Positions 12,090 through 24,694 of a stretch of 64,000 nucleotides of DNA are shown in pieces; position 1 is the first letter of the stretch; the number at the start of each line of letters is the position of its first letter. The stretch is from NCBI GenBank assembly GCA_965153455.1, contig OZ234493.1:27642213-27706212 (forward strand). Direction: 5' to 3'. Source of the DNA: Sphagnum compactum (taxonomy: Eukaryota). The notes below the pieces were generated by a model. That model was not told the origin of the DNA. It ran no database searches and saw nothing but the letters and a program-made list of their open reading frames with translations. The translations under genes were made by a program, and so were the position numbers.

Positions 12090-12560
12090 TCTGTTTTGAT
12101 TGAGGTGACTAATGTTTTAACCAATACCTATGTGCCACATGACATGTCTAATGTGATTAAAATTATTAATGTGATTAAAGAACTAACCTATAATTATGTA
12201 TCACATGGCATGTTTAATGTGACTAAAATTATTAAAATGATTAGAACATTACCCTATAATTATGTGCCACATGGCATGTCTGATGTGACTTATATGACTA
12301 GTGTGATTAAAACATTAGGCTGTATCTATGTGCCACATGGCTTGTTAGGTCTAACTGAAAAGACTATGGCCACTAATTTTTAAATCAATATCTAATTGCC
12401 ACATGGCATGTTTGATATGACAAGAGTGTTTAACATGTTAGCTTATAGTTAATTGCCATGTGGCATGTTTATTATGCATGATATGATTGAAGTGACTAAC
12501 CTATAATTGGCTTACAGGTTGGTGCCATGTATGCATGTTTGTTGTGACTATGTGACCAAA
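12090..12560. repeat. Tandem repeat, ~66-bp unit, 5-6 decaying copies
   Basis: Unit core tatgtgccacatggcatgt(c/t)t(a/g)atgtga(c/t)t. It appears as the 22-aa periodicity (YVPHGMS.V) in ORF 12066-12383. Confidence 0.85.
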
Positions 12561-13784
12561 ATTTTAAATGTGTGTGATAAACACTACATTAAATGTCTAT
12601 TATTTATTTGTTTATATTCATTGATTAAGTATTAATTAACAATATTTTGACCATTAAGATGTAGTTTCAATCCTACATAATAATATGTATAAATCTACAT
12701 TTTATGTTGACATTGCACACATACATTGAAAGTTATAATTCACATGATCCCACACAAAACATGCATGAATCATTCGAAACCAACACCCAAATCTAATTTT
12801 GAAATTGCACATACACACACACATTATTTGCAATTGGATATATTAAATTTGACCACAATTTGACAATGTCCAAAAAACATTGTCTCATACAACGTAACTT
12901 GCAGATCATATCTATTTACAAATATGTAGTAGTGTGTTTCCAAGGCCACATTACAACATACCCTATTGCATATTGAATAGTACAAAGTGGAGGATCATGT
13001 GATGAATCAAGACATGGTAAATGAACACCTTTTAATAAGCTATTCATGATGGCAATAGAAAGGAAAATTGTTGACATAGAATGACCATGATGTATAGCTC
13101 TTCCACCCCCAAATTTCATAGAATTTCCAAGTGCTAAATCCAAGTGCCACTAGTGGCCACTACAAGATATGACAATCTAGTCATTTGTGTGATACTATAG
13201 AATAAATGCCAACAGTGCAAGTAAGTATTGCATTATTACATTGTCGCAATGTAAATCAATAGGTAGAAACAAGTGCCAAGATCAAGTGTTAAAGGGATGC
13301 AAGATATTTAGGGTTTTAGTAATAAATTATAAATTTTTAATTGCAACAAGTACCTTGTCCAAAAAAATTGTCAATCCATAGCTACGCTAATGAGTATCAT
13401 CAAATGAAGGAGATGAAGAACCCTTGTAATGTTTAACAAATGAAAATCAAATAAGGAAAATCCAAATAGGGCAATGTTGATTGATTTACATTCAGGTGGA
13501 TATCTTTTCCATTTATAACAACTATTTCCTTTGCTTTCTCCTTTGCAAAAGTTATTTGAACCCACCTGTAACTAGCAGAGTTTCGCATTGAACCACTTTT
13601 CTTTCGCAAAAGTAATCCCCCTACCTAAATTGAACTTCATGGAAAATTGTTCATCTACAAAATCCCAAAGACAAGATCAAATACACACAATTTGCCATGC
13701 CCATCATTTATATAGAGTTTGCTTTGTAAAATGGTTTTACTACCAATCACCTAGGTTGTAAGAGACCATGCAAAATCCCTTTAG

Positions 13785-14395
13785 GCATTCCAATGTGGGT
13801 TTTTTCTTGTAAGTTGATACTTGTGTGAATTGAAACATACATACTTTAAGGTACTTGGAGCCTTAGACAAGCCAACCAAGCAAGGCTACAATTGTTCTAA
13901 TAAGTAATTGTTCCTCCACCTCACCATCAAACGGATTAAGCATGATGTGGGAGAATGGGGCATTCCTAATACACTTATATGAAGTATCATCTATCAACAA
14001 CATATTAGTTGGACCTAACTACTAGCTACAACTTGGACTAATCTATGCCCAAACCTTATCCATTTTTTTCAACACTAACTGCTAGTTTGGATTTGAAGGA
14101 TAGGCAAAGCTTGTCTCTAAACATTTTTCCACACCCCATATGAACATAGGTTTGACACTTAACATTCCGTCCAACACAAATTGAACCATAGGGGTCAAGT
14201 TAGGTTGTGTTGTTGAATACTAAATCCCAATGTCAAATCTAAAACCACACATTTCTAAAAATTCATGATAGCCAGGTTGTGGGCTTACAAACTTATTGCC
14301 ACACCTCATTACTTCAAGTAATGGTTTCCATTCCTTTCTAGACTTCACATGCATTGCTTGACCTAACAAGCCATTCACATCTAACATAGGTACCA
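13785..14395 (-). pseudogene. FCP1/NIF (CTD-phosphatase-like, HAD superfamily) domain pseudogene
   Basis: Manual minus-strand translation gives MLDVNGLL...QPGYHEFLEMCGFRFDIGI*YSTT...FIWGVEKC...LVLKKMDKVW...NMLLIDDTSYKCIRNAP...(frameshift)YLLEQL*PCLVGL...NPHW. These are the motifs of plant FCP1-homology proteins, in order, with at least 5 stops and a frameshift. Confidence 0.8.
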
Positions 14396-15479
14396 TGTTA
14401 ACAATCATGTTTGGATAGGAAAGTTTGCAATTGCCCACCTTTTTTTGGGCAATCAAACCTTGATTGCTTTTGACATTGTTGGAAACATCAGTTATGAGTA
14501 ACAATGTGGTGGGCCATCCATGACCACCAACTTTCCACGAACATTTGATCTAATTTGCCTTTTGTTGTTAGTGGCCTTTTGATTGGGGGTAGAACCTTTA
14601 AATGCCTGTACCACCATGTCTATGGCCACTTTTTGATGTTTGCTTATAAACATGTTAGAAGGAGTTACTACATTTGTAGCTAGGGTAGGCTCAGGAAAGC
14701 CATCTCCTTTTTATTCCATCTAGTTTGTAGGTGAAGAATTTAATCCACCAACCTACTTACCACATCCCACATTATACAGACCCCACGGCCCATAATATTA
14801 GATATGTTAAATAAAATATCTGCATTGCTAGGTCTTAGACATCCAAACCTCTAGAAAAAATGATCAAAATACAAGTTATAAACAATTTTTACCGCTCCCA
14901 TACTATCCTCATTCATCCATAACTTGGAGGCATCATCTGATGGTATTTGTCTCCTCAAATCAAGATAGATTGTTGCAAATAATGGTTAAAATTTTCATGA
15001 AGGTAAACATCTCTGTCATTGTTAAAAACATTTCCTTTTGTGTTTACACTAGTTGATCTTGGGAAGATTTCAAAAATTCATGGGTGGATTTTAGGTCTTC
15101 AATAGCCTTAATAATTTCTTCATGGTTATTCTCCATGGCCTCTAGGTGAATCTCAAGCTCATATGTTAGGCCTTGGTTCGAATTGCCCACATTATTGTCT
15201 ATTGCCACATCTTCTTGAAAAACATTAACAAGTTAAACATATGAACAAGGAAACCTCAATTCCATGTCCAACCCCTTCCTAATGAGAATAATACAATTCT
15301 ATAAAAATAATATCAAGACCTATCCCTTAGATATACATCACTACATTTGGATTGTCCAAAGAGGGAGACAAATAACTAAGTACCTAGGTACAAAAAATTA
15401 AAAGTATGAAATTTTAAGATCAACAAGCAAATCCACCAAAATGAAAACAAAAATTGTGGTATTGGTGATGTTTTAACTC

Positions 15480-15840
15480 ATCTTCCTCTAGATCAAGACT
15501 TTGGCGCTTGGAGTTTTTTTCCCTATTTATTTCTTTTTGAAGCTCCATCAATGTAGGCTTTATTTTTAATTCTGCCTCCTAAACCACATCAAGCCCACAC
15601 ATCAAGTTATTGAATCAATTCCCAGCAATGCACAAAATTACAAAGCCAAAAAGTTTGATATGGTAGAAAGTTTGTGGTCAAGGATCACCCTTTTCTATCA
15701 TTTTCTTCAAGAATCTTGGCCTACCTTTCAAGACAACTATCACTTGATCTTTCACGTGCTTGTAACCAAGGGGATAATCTAAATATTCAAACCCCATCTT
15801 TTATGCTTCCTTGATTGCTTGAATATCTTTTTAAGGCATT
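15480..15840 (-). pseudogene. TnpA-like (CACTA ORF2-type) coding remnant
   Basis: KDIQAIKEA*KMGFEYLDYPLGYKHVKDQVIVVLKGRPRFLKKMIEKGDP*P. It appears related to the plus-strand remnant at 18585-18790 (GKPMGGGRNN*LIALRGY..L..TIDDI..QP). The family label is an inference from context. Confidence 0.45.
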
Positions 15841-17789
15841 ATAAATATGAACAAACAAGAAAAATAGAAAGGGGCATCCCAACTTCATATAGATGACATC
15901 AAAATTTGATAATTTCATATGATTACCTAGATGCAAAATTATACATGAGATGGTCAAAAATTAAATCATAGTAGCCCCTAACTAATCTCAACACAGATAA
16001 TCCCAATTTGGAACAAACTAATTTAATAATTGCAAACAATAAGGGTATAGTTAGAAATTTGATGACTTTCTAATAAATTCATTTGGGATCCCATGTGAAC
16101 ATTTATCCCAAATTTGACAAAGCTCATGCATGCATGACCACTTCAACTTGTAAATTAAAATTGCAATGACATGAATGATACAATCATTTAAGATTAGATA
16201 AAGGAATTATTTAGCTTAACCCATGAAAAAATCCCTTAAAACTAATTTTAATAATTTTAAACCCCCTAGTATTTAAGGCAAGGCACTAAACAAACATAAG
16301 ATTGTCAATTCTTAATTACTAATTTCTAATACAAGCCATAAATACGTGTTCAAGCTTACTTTTTGGTTAGAAAAATTAATGAAATTGATATGTCATAAGT
16401 TAGGAAATGAAGCTCAACATATGTTTTAGCAAGTCATAAAAAATAAATTCTATTTCCTTTTTGTAAAAATATACTTTCACTTACTTGAAACCAAAAGCCC
16501 ATAGTGAAAAATAAACATCAAAAGCTACTTGTATTTTGAAAAACCTACTTAAAATTTACTTTTACAATTTGAAATATGAAAATCAATGCACATTAGTGTA
16601 ACCATATATTATATTTAATCATTGAAATGAAAACATTCAATGTTCCACAATTCTGTAATGGGTTTTGTTGTTATTTTAAATGTACGTGTTCCAATTTTGA
16701 CAAGGTAATCAAGTTGTTCACATTATTTATCTTCACCCAAGAGAGCAAAGGAATGAAAGGCTTCAAATTAGATTCACACCTCAAGGCAAACAAAGATTTT
16801 GGTGAAGAAGATGTTGAAGATGAAGTAGAATTTGATAGGTCTATTGAGAGTTGGAAAAAGGATAAAGATTTGATCTAGGTAATGTTTCTTGAAATCCTAA
16901 TTCTTTGATGCATTTGTCTTCATTTTTTGTTTTTTGGCATTTCTTGAAATCAAGAATGATGGAAGAGATGGAAGGCCCTAGAATGCCAATTGTGGCAAGA
17001 TTTCAATATGACATTTTATAATAATAAATTTCTCAATCTAACATTGGAAGAAAAGAATTCAATCTAGTATTTCAACTTGCTTCATTCATTCTCTTCGCTT
17101 GTGCTTTAAGTCTTGATGTAACATTTAAATTGATTCAACATTCAATTACTACATCAATGTTTTGCTATAAAATTTTGCATCAAGAACCACTAGACCTTCT
17201 TAAAAAAATAAATTGACTAATTCTAATTAGGTCTTTTAACTATCTCCAAGTTTCAATCAAAACGATCATTTATTTTGGTTATAAACTATTCTCCCCACCC
17301 CCTTTTCCATTGTACTTAAAATGGTCTTGAAGCAACACCAAGTTATAACTTTACTTTTGACATTGGTTTAAAACATGTGGGCATGTTCTGTGTGCCATGT
17401 TTGGATAATAGAAGAAAAGGTGTGGAAAACAAAAACCAAAACAATGGATGGTGTGGAAACCTTCAATGGTGCTTGTTGATCGACTCAACATCCAACTAAC
17501 TAAATCTCATTCCTTCTCATAGCAAGATAAATCAAGTTTTGGTGAGGAGAAGACAATGAGGAAGGGTAATTAAAAAACATGGAAATGCCAACAATTGGTG
17601 GCATCGCCAATTTTCATGAAATAAGATATTTAAGCCAAGCTACAACTATTGGTTTAGGTTTATAAATCTTCTCTTGCAATCAATTTAGGTTTGCAACATG
17701 TGAAAATAGTGGCGACATTTGATTTAGTTTGTTTCTTCTTAATTTGTTTTGATGATTTACAAAATATCAACTTCACGCTTCACCTATTG

Positions 17790-19000
17790 TTGTACCCCAA
17801 AACCCTCCAACACCCACTAACGTACCCCTAAACCCCATGGCACTTGCTACAATACAACAACACCCCCTAATACCTCTTGCAACACCCTAAAACCCTCTAG
17901 CATCGTTTGTAACACCCCAAAACCCCATTCCCAATACACCAAGTTGGCTTTTGGGGTGACCTTTGCTTCATGGTTGGCAATGGTCTAATGGAGGTTGGCT
18001 AGTGCCTTCTGGTTAGCTAATGCCAAATAGGGTACAAACACCACCCATTGCCTACCAACAAGCCCCAACAATTGATGGCCATTATAACCTTGTGATGCCT
18101 TTACTTCCTAGTCAATCTCCACAAATGCAACCTATATCCAATCAATATCACCAAATCCCGCCACTTGCACCTACTCAATACACACATATACCTAAATCAT
18201 TGCCTCAATGTATATGCCAAACCTAATGGCATTTGTTCAAATCATAACTACCCATGGGATCCAATCAATATCAAATGATGCCTTCAACATTTCCTGCAAT
18301 TCCAACAACAATGTATACAACCACTAGAATTACTTGAAACAAGTACCCCAACAATGCCATAATTTCCTGCAAACATACAATTCAACACAACAAAAGGTCA
18401 ATCTAATGTGGGGTTGGTTTAGGTACAAATGCATCTATCCAACTAGACAACACTATTGTTTCATATTATCAATGTTTTTGGCAAGCTGAACAATGGGTGA
18501 ACAATTGGACAAGGTGACGAGACACCTAAAAATTGAAGTGGCTACATTTCATAGTAAAAAAATCAAACTTGTTGTGCATTACAATTTTCAAGGGAAGCCT
18601 ATGGGTGGTGGAAGGAACAATTAGTTGATAGCACTTCGAGGCTATCCCTTGAAGCTCAATTTAACCATTGATGACATCTATAAGCAACCACCAATAAGGA
18701 TACATATCTCCTACACCCACATTCCTTCAAACAATGCAAAGTATAAATTTGTAGGTAGAAAATTTTATCTATAAAAAAATGTCACTAACATACGATCCTT
18801 TTTTTTTGGGTAGGCTATAATGCATGATGTCAAAGGAAAGGTAATTACCAATTGCACATATGCAACGGCATATTGATGCCTAAAAGTTGTTTGATGTTAA
18901 AAAAATTGAAGCAAACCAACAAGGTTTAACATCTTACAAGTGCCCATGCACACGTTGCCATGGTGGAAGACAACAAGTTCGTAGCACAATTTAAACATCT
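17790..19000 (+). pseudogene. CACTA coding remnants: Pro/Gln-rich segment, TnpA-like segment and transposase-associated CPCxxC domain
   Basis: Pro/Gln-rich ORF 18020-18226. 18902-18995 translates as KIEANQQGLTSYKCPCTRCHGGRQQVRSTI*, followed by HL codons, typical of the N-terminal transposase-associated domain of En/Spm transposases. Confidence 0.6.
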
Positions 19001-21148
19001 ATGTCTTAAAATACTTTTTAAAAAAAAAAAACTTTGATAATTGCAAACAATAAGATGTGGGTTGATATTCAGGAACATGGTTGTAATTATGAAATTTATT
19101 TTACATATTATACATAAATGTTTTTAGTTTAATCCTCCATTTTCTTAATGTTCACATGTAAAATTTGGTTGTTTTTTCCATTTACACCCCCTATTTCTAT
19201 GCACATATGACTATAGAAGAATAATAATTAAAGAACTAGACAATTGTATTGTGTTTGTAGGCATATTTTCATAGTTTTAGAATTTAAAAAATTTTATCAA
19301 TTAAAATATTGCAACATAAACAAAAAGTTGCAATATAATCACATTTAGTCAAACTTAGACGACAACTTTTAAAAACATTAGTCAATTTAGTTAAATTGGA
19401 CAACTCCATGTAAGCAACACATCTACCATGTGGCTAGACTACTGTCCAAGTTGACTAAGTTGTTATTTTTTCAGTCATAATGGACATGCTCTCTTTTTAT
19501 GTTAGTCATATTAGACATGATTAATCAATTTGGACAAGTAGCATAGTCACAAATGACTATAGAGTCATCTTAGTCACAATGTTAATAGTGTAAAAAGTTA
19601 AAACCATACTTTTATTATATAGATGGTTTTTACAATTTCACACTTGTGTGAGGACCAAGCACATTGAAAGAAGTCCATCAATTTTTTTTGTCGTGCGAAG
19701 GATATGTCCATGAAGAATTGAAAGAAATTGATGTTGTTCAAACTTAAAGAATTTAAGTGACTATGCTTTTACATTTGTAAATGACATCCCAGTGTGCCTT
19801 TAGATTCATGTTGCGCTTCATATTATTGCCCATGCCACCACAACTTGTAGAATAGGTAGTCCATAGTGGTAGCTACACAACATATTATTGAGGTTATTTC
19901 ACTTTCAGAAAACACCACAATGGATTGTGGAAGATTTTTGGTGTTAATGAACGTTGTGGGATTGGGGGTTGCCACTCAAACATGGTTTCATCATAATGGT
20001 TTGTATACGCATGTTTTCACATCATGGACAAACTCTTTGACCTAATGGATGATTGTTTCGACATGATGACACAATGTTTTGTCATGTTGGAATGCTAGTT
20101 TGACCTAATAGATATGAGATTACTCAACATTGAATGGATGTTGGAGAATTTAGTCAAATTGGAATCCAGGAAGTGACATGCTTTTATCCTTTTATATTGC
20201 GTATATTACAAAGAAGAAAAATGTTGAAGTTTCAAGCTTTTTGATTGTTTGAATAACTTGTTCTAAGGACACAAAACTTTATTCTTGTCTTTTTTTACCA
20301 TTAGTATTTATTTGATTTGAGATGTGATATATGGGTCAAAATGTGTCAAATATTTTATGGGTCAATATTTTAGACCACCACATATTTAGAACCATCAATA
20401 TCATTCACTTTGTGTTCACATATATAATGAAACAAGACTAATAAATGAATATAAAAAAAGGTGACATTGTGACACATTTTTGGTATACTTTAAAAAATTG
20501 AACCTAGTAATCAATCAATTACAATAATAAAATAAAATTTGATCTTTTGGTGGCCAAAAGACAAATTGAAATTTATAAGTCTAAAACTTGTTGTAAAGTT
20601 TAGTAAGAATGATTATGTATTGTTTATATGTATTAAATTGACTATTCTACCCTTTGTAATGCTCAACATTCTCATTGGTAGAATAATCAATGTACAAGTA
20701 ATGTCAATGTCATTAGATTATTAACAAATATTAATGCTTTGAAAAATTTAACTTAATTTCTAGAATTTTAACATTACATTTCAAATTCCAATTTGATTTT
20801 TTTGCAACACATGATCACCTTGGATTGTCCTAATTGAATTTATGTTTAAAAATGTGATCCATATCATTTAGTTGGGTGGTGTTCTTCAAGTTTAATAAAT
20901 TTTTCGTTTTTTTGTCATTATGGCCTTCAAGTGAATAAACTTTCAAACTCCATGAAAATGCATCTTGTGTTCACGTTTCTTTGGTAGAACCTTATGATGG
21001 ATTCACAAATCCAAAAGAGTTGAAAAATCATTGTCAATAATTCAAATCAAGTGAACAAGGATACAAATTGCAAAAAAAAATTTCAATTTAAAGAATTCAC
21101 ATTGTTAAGTATAATACCTTATCCATTAATGAATCAACAAATGAAAGA

Positions 21149-21850
21149 ATGTGTAAGGTAAAGTCCTATGATGAGTGAATTACTATAATAAGGGCCTCCC
21201 AACGTGAGAGTCAAGAGGGGTTTTGCATTTTTGTCATTCCTTCATCCTAAGGCTTTATTTCACATAAAGAAATGGGTTGAAATTTCTTTTCCACCAAGCA
21301 AACAAATTAATCGAAGGGCACATGGTGGCTATTGTTCATGCATTGAACAAGTAGGGGGATGGGAATAAATGGCAACTAGGGAAAGGATTGGGTGACAATT
21401 TCACTTTGCTAAATAGGTAGGTGATGGGAAAGAAAGGCAATTAGGGAGATATAGGAGTCATAATTTCTTGTTGAGGAAATCATAACTCCTAATCAAAATG
21501 TCAAGCCCTTATACTTTTTTAAAATCTAAAAATGACGAGTGTTGTAAGCCATAATTTGCCTTTTACTTAGTGGGAAGGAAATTATGATGTTTGACCACAA
21601 TTTCACCCTTTTGATTGGGATCTCCCACTTTAAGCATGATGTTACTTTTTGTCATCTTATCTTTTCTTGTTTCAGAAATATTTCATTTTGGTTTTCTAGC
21701 AATACCCACACATGTCTTTTTCCATCCATGTCTTTACATCAAGTAAAACCTTTGGATGAAGGAATTACCAAAATTTGGGGACCCCTTAGCTCATGCTTCA
21801 AAGGTCTTTATTTTCATAATCATTTCATCCTAGGACTTTACCTTGCACTT
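21149..21850. mobile_element. Non-autonomous foldback element with ~135-bp TIRs (MULE-like MITE)
   Basis: tgtgtaaggtaaagtcctatgatga...ttccttcatcctaaggctttatt (21149-21285) is the inverted copy of 21718-21850 (..taaaacctttggatgaaggaatt...tcatcctaggactttaccttgcact). No clear TSD. Confidence 0.7.
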
Positions 21851-22043
21851 AACATGTTAATCAAAAATGCAATTTACTTCCTAGTCCCTTAAAGGGAAAT
21901 TGCATTTTGTAAAGTTCATTTATTTTACATCAGAATTGAGCCTAAGTCTTTACATAGATGGGAACTAATTAAACAACTTTCAAATGCTTTTGAAAAGTTG
22001 TAAGAATTCCACCTATGATATACAAACAAACCCAAAGCCACTA

Positions 22044-22416
22044 TCGTAGTACCTTTACCATTCCGGCATAACTTAAATTAATAAACTTAATAAAAAATAA
22101 ATAATTAAATTTTTTTACTTAACTAAAAAAATTCAATAAATTGAAATTTTCAATGGTACAATTTATTAAAATTCTAATAAAATCAAAATTTCCATTATTA
22201 GGTTTGAACCGCAGACCTTCAAGGATAATGACTTAAAATTTAAGCAATCTAGATGCACTAAACTATTCCATAAGATTGACAAAAACATGTTTATTTTTTT
22301 GTATAACCATTACCTATCGAAAATTTCAGAACTAAAAAACCAAGTGCCGAAATTTAAGATTAAAAACTTAATTAATTATTTAGTGGTCTATTGTTGAAAT
22401 GGTCAAGGTACTACGG
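22044..22416. mobile_element. Tc1/mariner-type MITE (TA TSD, ~20-bp TIR)
   Basis: TA|tcgtagtacctttaccatt ... aatggtcaaggtactacgg|TA. Confidence 0.8.
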
Positions 22417-23186
22417 TATTCTTAGAACATGTTAAAAGAGAAGGTGATGGGTCACAAATGGCATTACATAATCAACCCAAATGTAGGTCATTAAAAAAAT
22501 GTTAAAATTTCATTGATTTTTTCTTTAAAAAATCTTTCATATAATTTAAATTGACATTCATGGATGAATTTCATTGATCATCATTTAGTTTTCATTCATA
22601 ATTTATAAATTAAAAAGTTCAAAAATGTTCTTTGAATGATGGGTCATATGAAAATTTTAAGGGAACTTTCTTCAAGAGATTCCACAAATTAATATAAATA
22701 AAAACATTGCCTTTCACATTATCTTTAGTTTGTTCAATATCAATTTGAGGTATATGACCTTATAAAACCTTGTTCATTTTGTAATATGTTTTCATGTTAT
22801 GAACAACTTAAATAAATTTGTTATATTTCATAACCTTATTTTTGGGGATTTTTTTCAATTTTACGAGGTGAAAATTTTGGAAAGTAATGCCAAATATATA
22901 TATTTTTTTGAAATTACATTTTAAAACCAAATTGTATATTTTTTCAAATCAACAAAGTGCAAAAGTTTGACAAAAAGAAGAAAACAATTTGTTTTAAATC
23001 ATTTGTGTGTGTGGTTGGACATAGGTTTAACTATGTTTTGAAATAATTTGTTACACCCCTTGTGTGTGTTGGGAATCTTTTAGTCATGATAGTTTTCATC
23101 GCCATAATACCATCATAAAAATAAATTAAAATCAATGAAGAAGTTATGTGAAAAATTGACTTAAAAAATTCATATAATTGCATATA

Positions 23187-23376
23187 CCATAGTGGGTAGG
23201 CAAGTTTGACTCTTTAATGTTGAATTGTAATACTTTCCCCTAAGATTTTAGTAGATACACAAAAAAATAATTACTTTGTATTTTTTACTTTTAAAGTACA
23301 TTTCAAATAATTTTCCAAAATTCCATTATTTTTTTCCTCATAACTATTTAGTACCAAACGTGCCCACCTACTATGA
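23187..23376. mobile_element. Tc1/mariner-type MITE (TA-flanked, ~25-bp TIR)
   Basis: TA|ccatagtgggtaggcaagtttg ... caaacgtgcccacctactatga|TA. Confidence 0.75.
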
Positions 23377-24694
23377 TATATGCATTTCCAAACATTTAAT
23401 TGCATGTTTATGAAATTATAATAAAATTATAAAATTTCAACATAATTGACAAAGGGCAGGTGATGTGAAAATAGACCAATGTGGGATGGAAAAAAGCAAT
23501 ATCATGGTTGGACATCAATCAAATTGTTACCATATCCTCCTTTATCAAATAGCAATGTATCAATGCTTAATTGATGATTGTGTAGTTTGACAAGTTCATT
23601 AATATGAATGTCCATTTCAACCACTTGACAACAATGTTATTTTTTCAATTTTTGGATGTTGTTCAAAGTGGCGATCATTCATAAGTATCATTAGCACAAA
23701 GCATCACCTTTCATTTGCACACAATTCTTCAATTAAACTAGGTCAAAACAAGTTGACCCCGTAACTCAATTATTGGCCTTCACGTGGTTATTAACATCTC
23801 TCCCTTAGTTAATGATGAATTTTACACATAAAAGATAAAGTTATTGTCACATTTTCATCCATTAAATTGACATTTGATCAATAACATGTGTGATTCAAGT
23901 TCCAATACACTAAAGCCAAATTCATTTTGAACATAATATTGAACACAATATGAACAAGTTTAAATTTAAAAATTTAAAAAAAAAAATTGAAAATGGGAAT
24001 TAATTATTGTAATCACAAAACTAGCTGGAACATTAATAAGGCTCAAAGCTGGATTAGGGTAACCTAGCCTTCTGTGTGAGTTAACATAATCTTACACAAG
24101 TTAACATAAACTTGCACCCATTCAATTTTCAAATTGGCTCCTGTAATAAAACATGAGCCATAGAGGACTCAAACTCAAAAAAATTCACAATCTTTTTCTA
24201 CTCAAAATCATCTTTGGCTGTTGCTCTTTAAACTCACATTTTTCTTGTCTTTAGCTCTTGCACTTACATTTTATCTTGTAAATGAATCGCTCAGTCATTT
24301 GCTTCATGACAAGTTCATGACTATTGATCATGTTGGACATGATATATGACTCTTTACAAGTACTGTGTTTAATAACAACTTGTATGTTTTTCATGAAAGT
24401 TGACTTCATTGAATCATAACATGACAAAGAAGACTGTACGAATTGTCAGTTAAGCCAAGTAAAATATAAATCACAACAGTGGACTGATCACTGACTAGCT
24501 ATTAATACAAAGAAGCTTTGTGAAAACAAATCAGTAAAGTTTGAGAACAAGCATCCTTCTGAGCTTTTTAAAATTATGCAACAGCTACATGAGATGAAGT
24601 TGTTCAAAAATAGGTGCAATGAATGGAAAGAGATGTGTACTTATGTCACAACTGCTTTGCCTTCAACACCTTGAATCATGTCATGAAGTCACCT

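Larger units (their letters stand above)
9230..19590. mobile_element. Decayed CACTA/EnSpm transposon complex (possibly two nested or adjacent elements)
   Basis: Right end ..gttaaTAGTG at 19590 is preceded by clustered ttagtca/tgactaa subterminal motifs (19340-19580). ttagtcatattagaca also occurs at ~9245. A transposase-associated motif YKCPCTRCHGG...TI lies at 18902-18995 (+). TnpA-like remnants lie at 15480-15840 (-) and 18585-18790 (+). A candidate internal left end, cacta..atgacaatctagtcatttgtg, is at 13148-13189. No TSD found; the left boundary is uncertain. Confidence 0.6.

Noticed and set aside
12066-12383. 105-aa ORF with a 22-aa repeat
   Set aside because: Non-ATG start. It is the translation of a 66-bp DNA array whose later units break frame.
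22200-22270. Functional tRNA gene
   Set aside because: Only A/B-box-like words are present. I could not build a cloverleaf with acceptor and anticodon stems.
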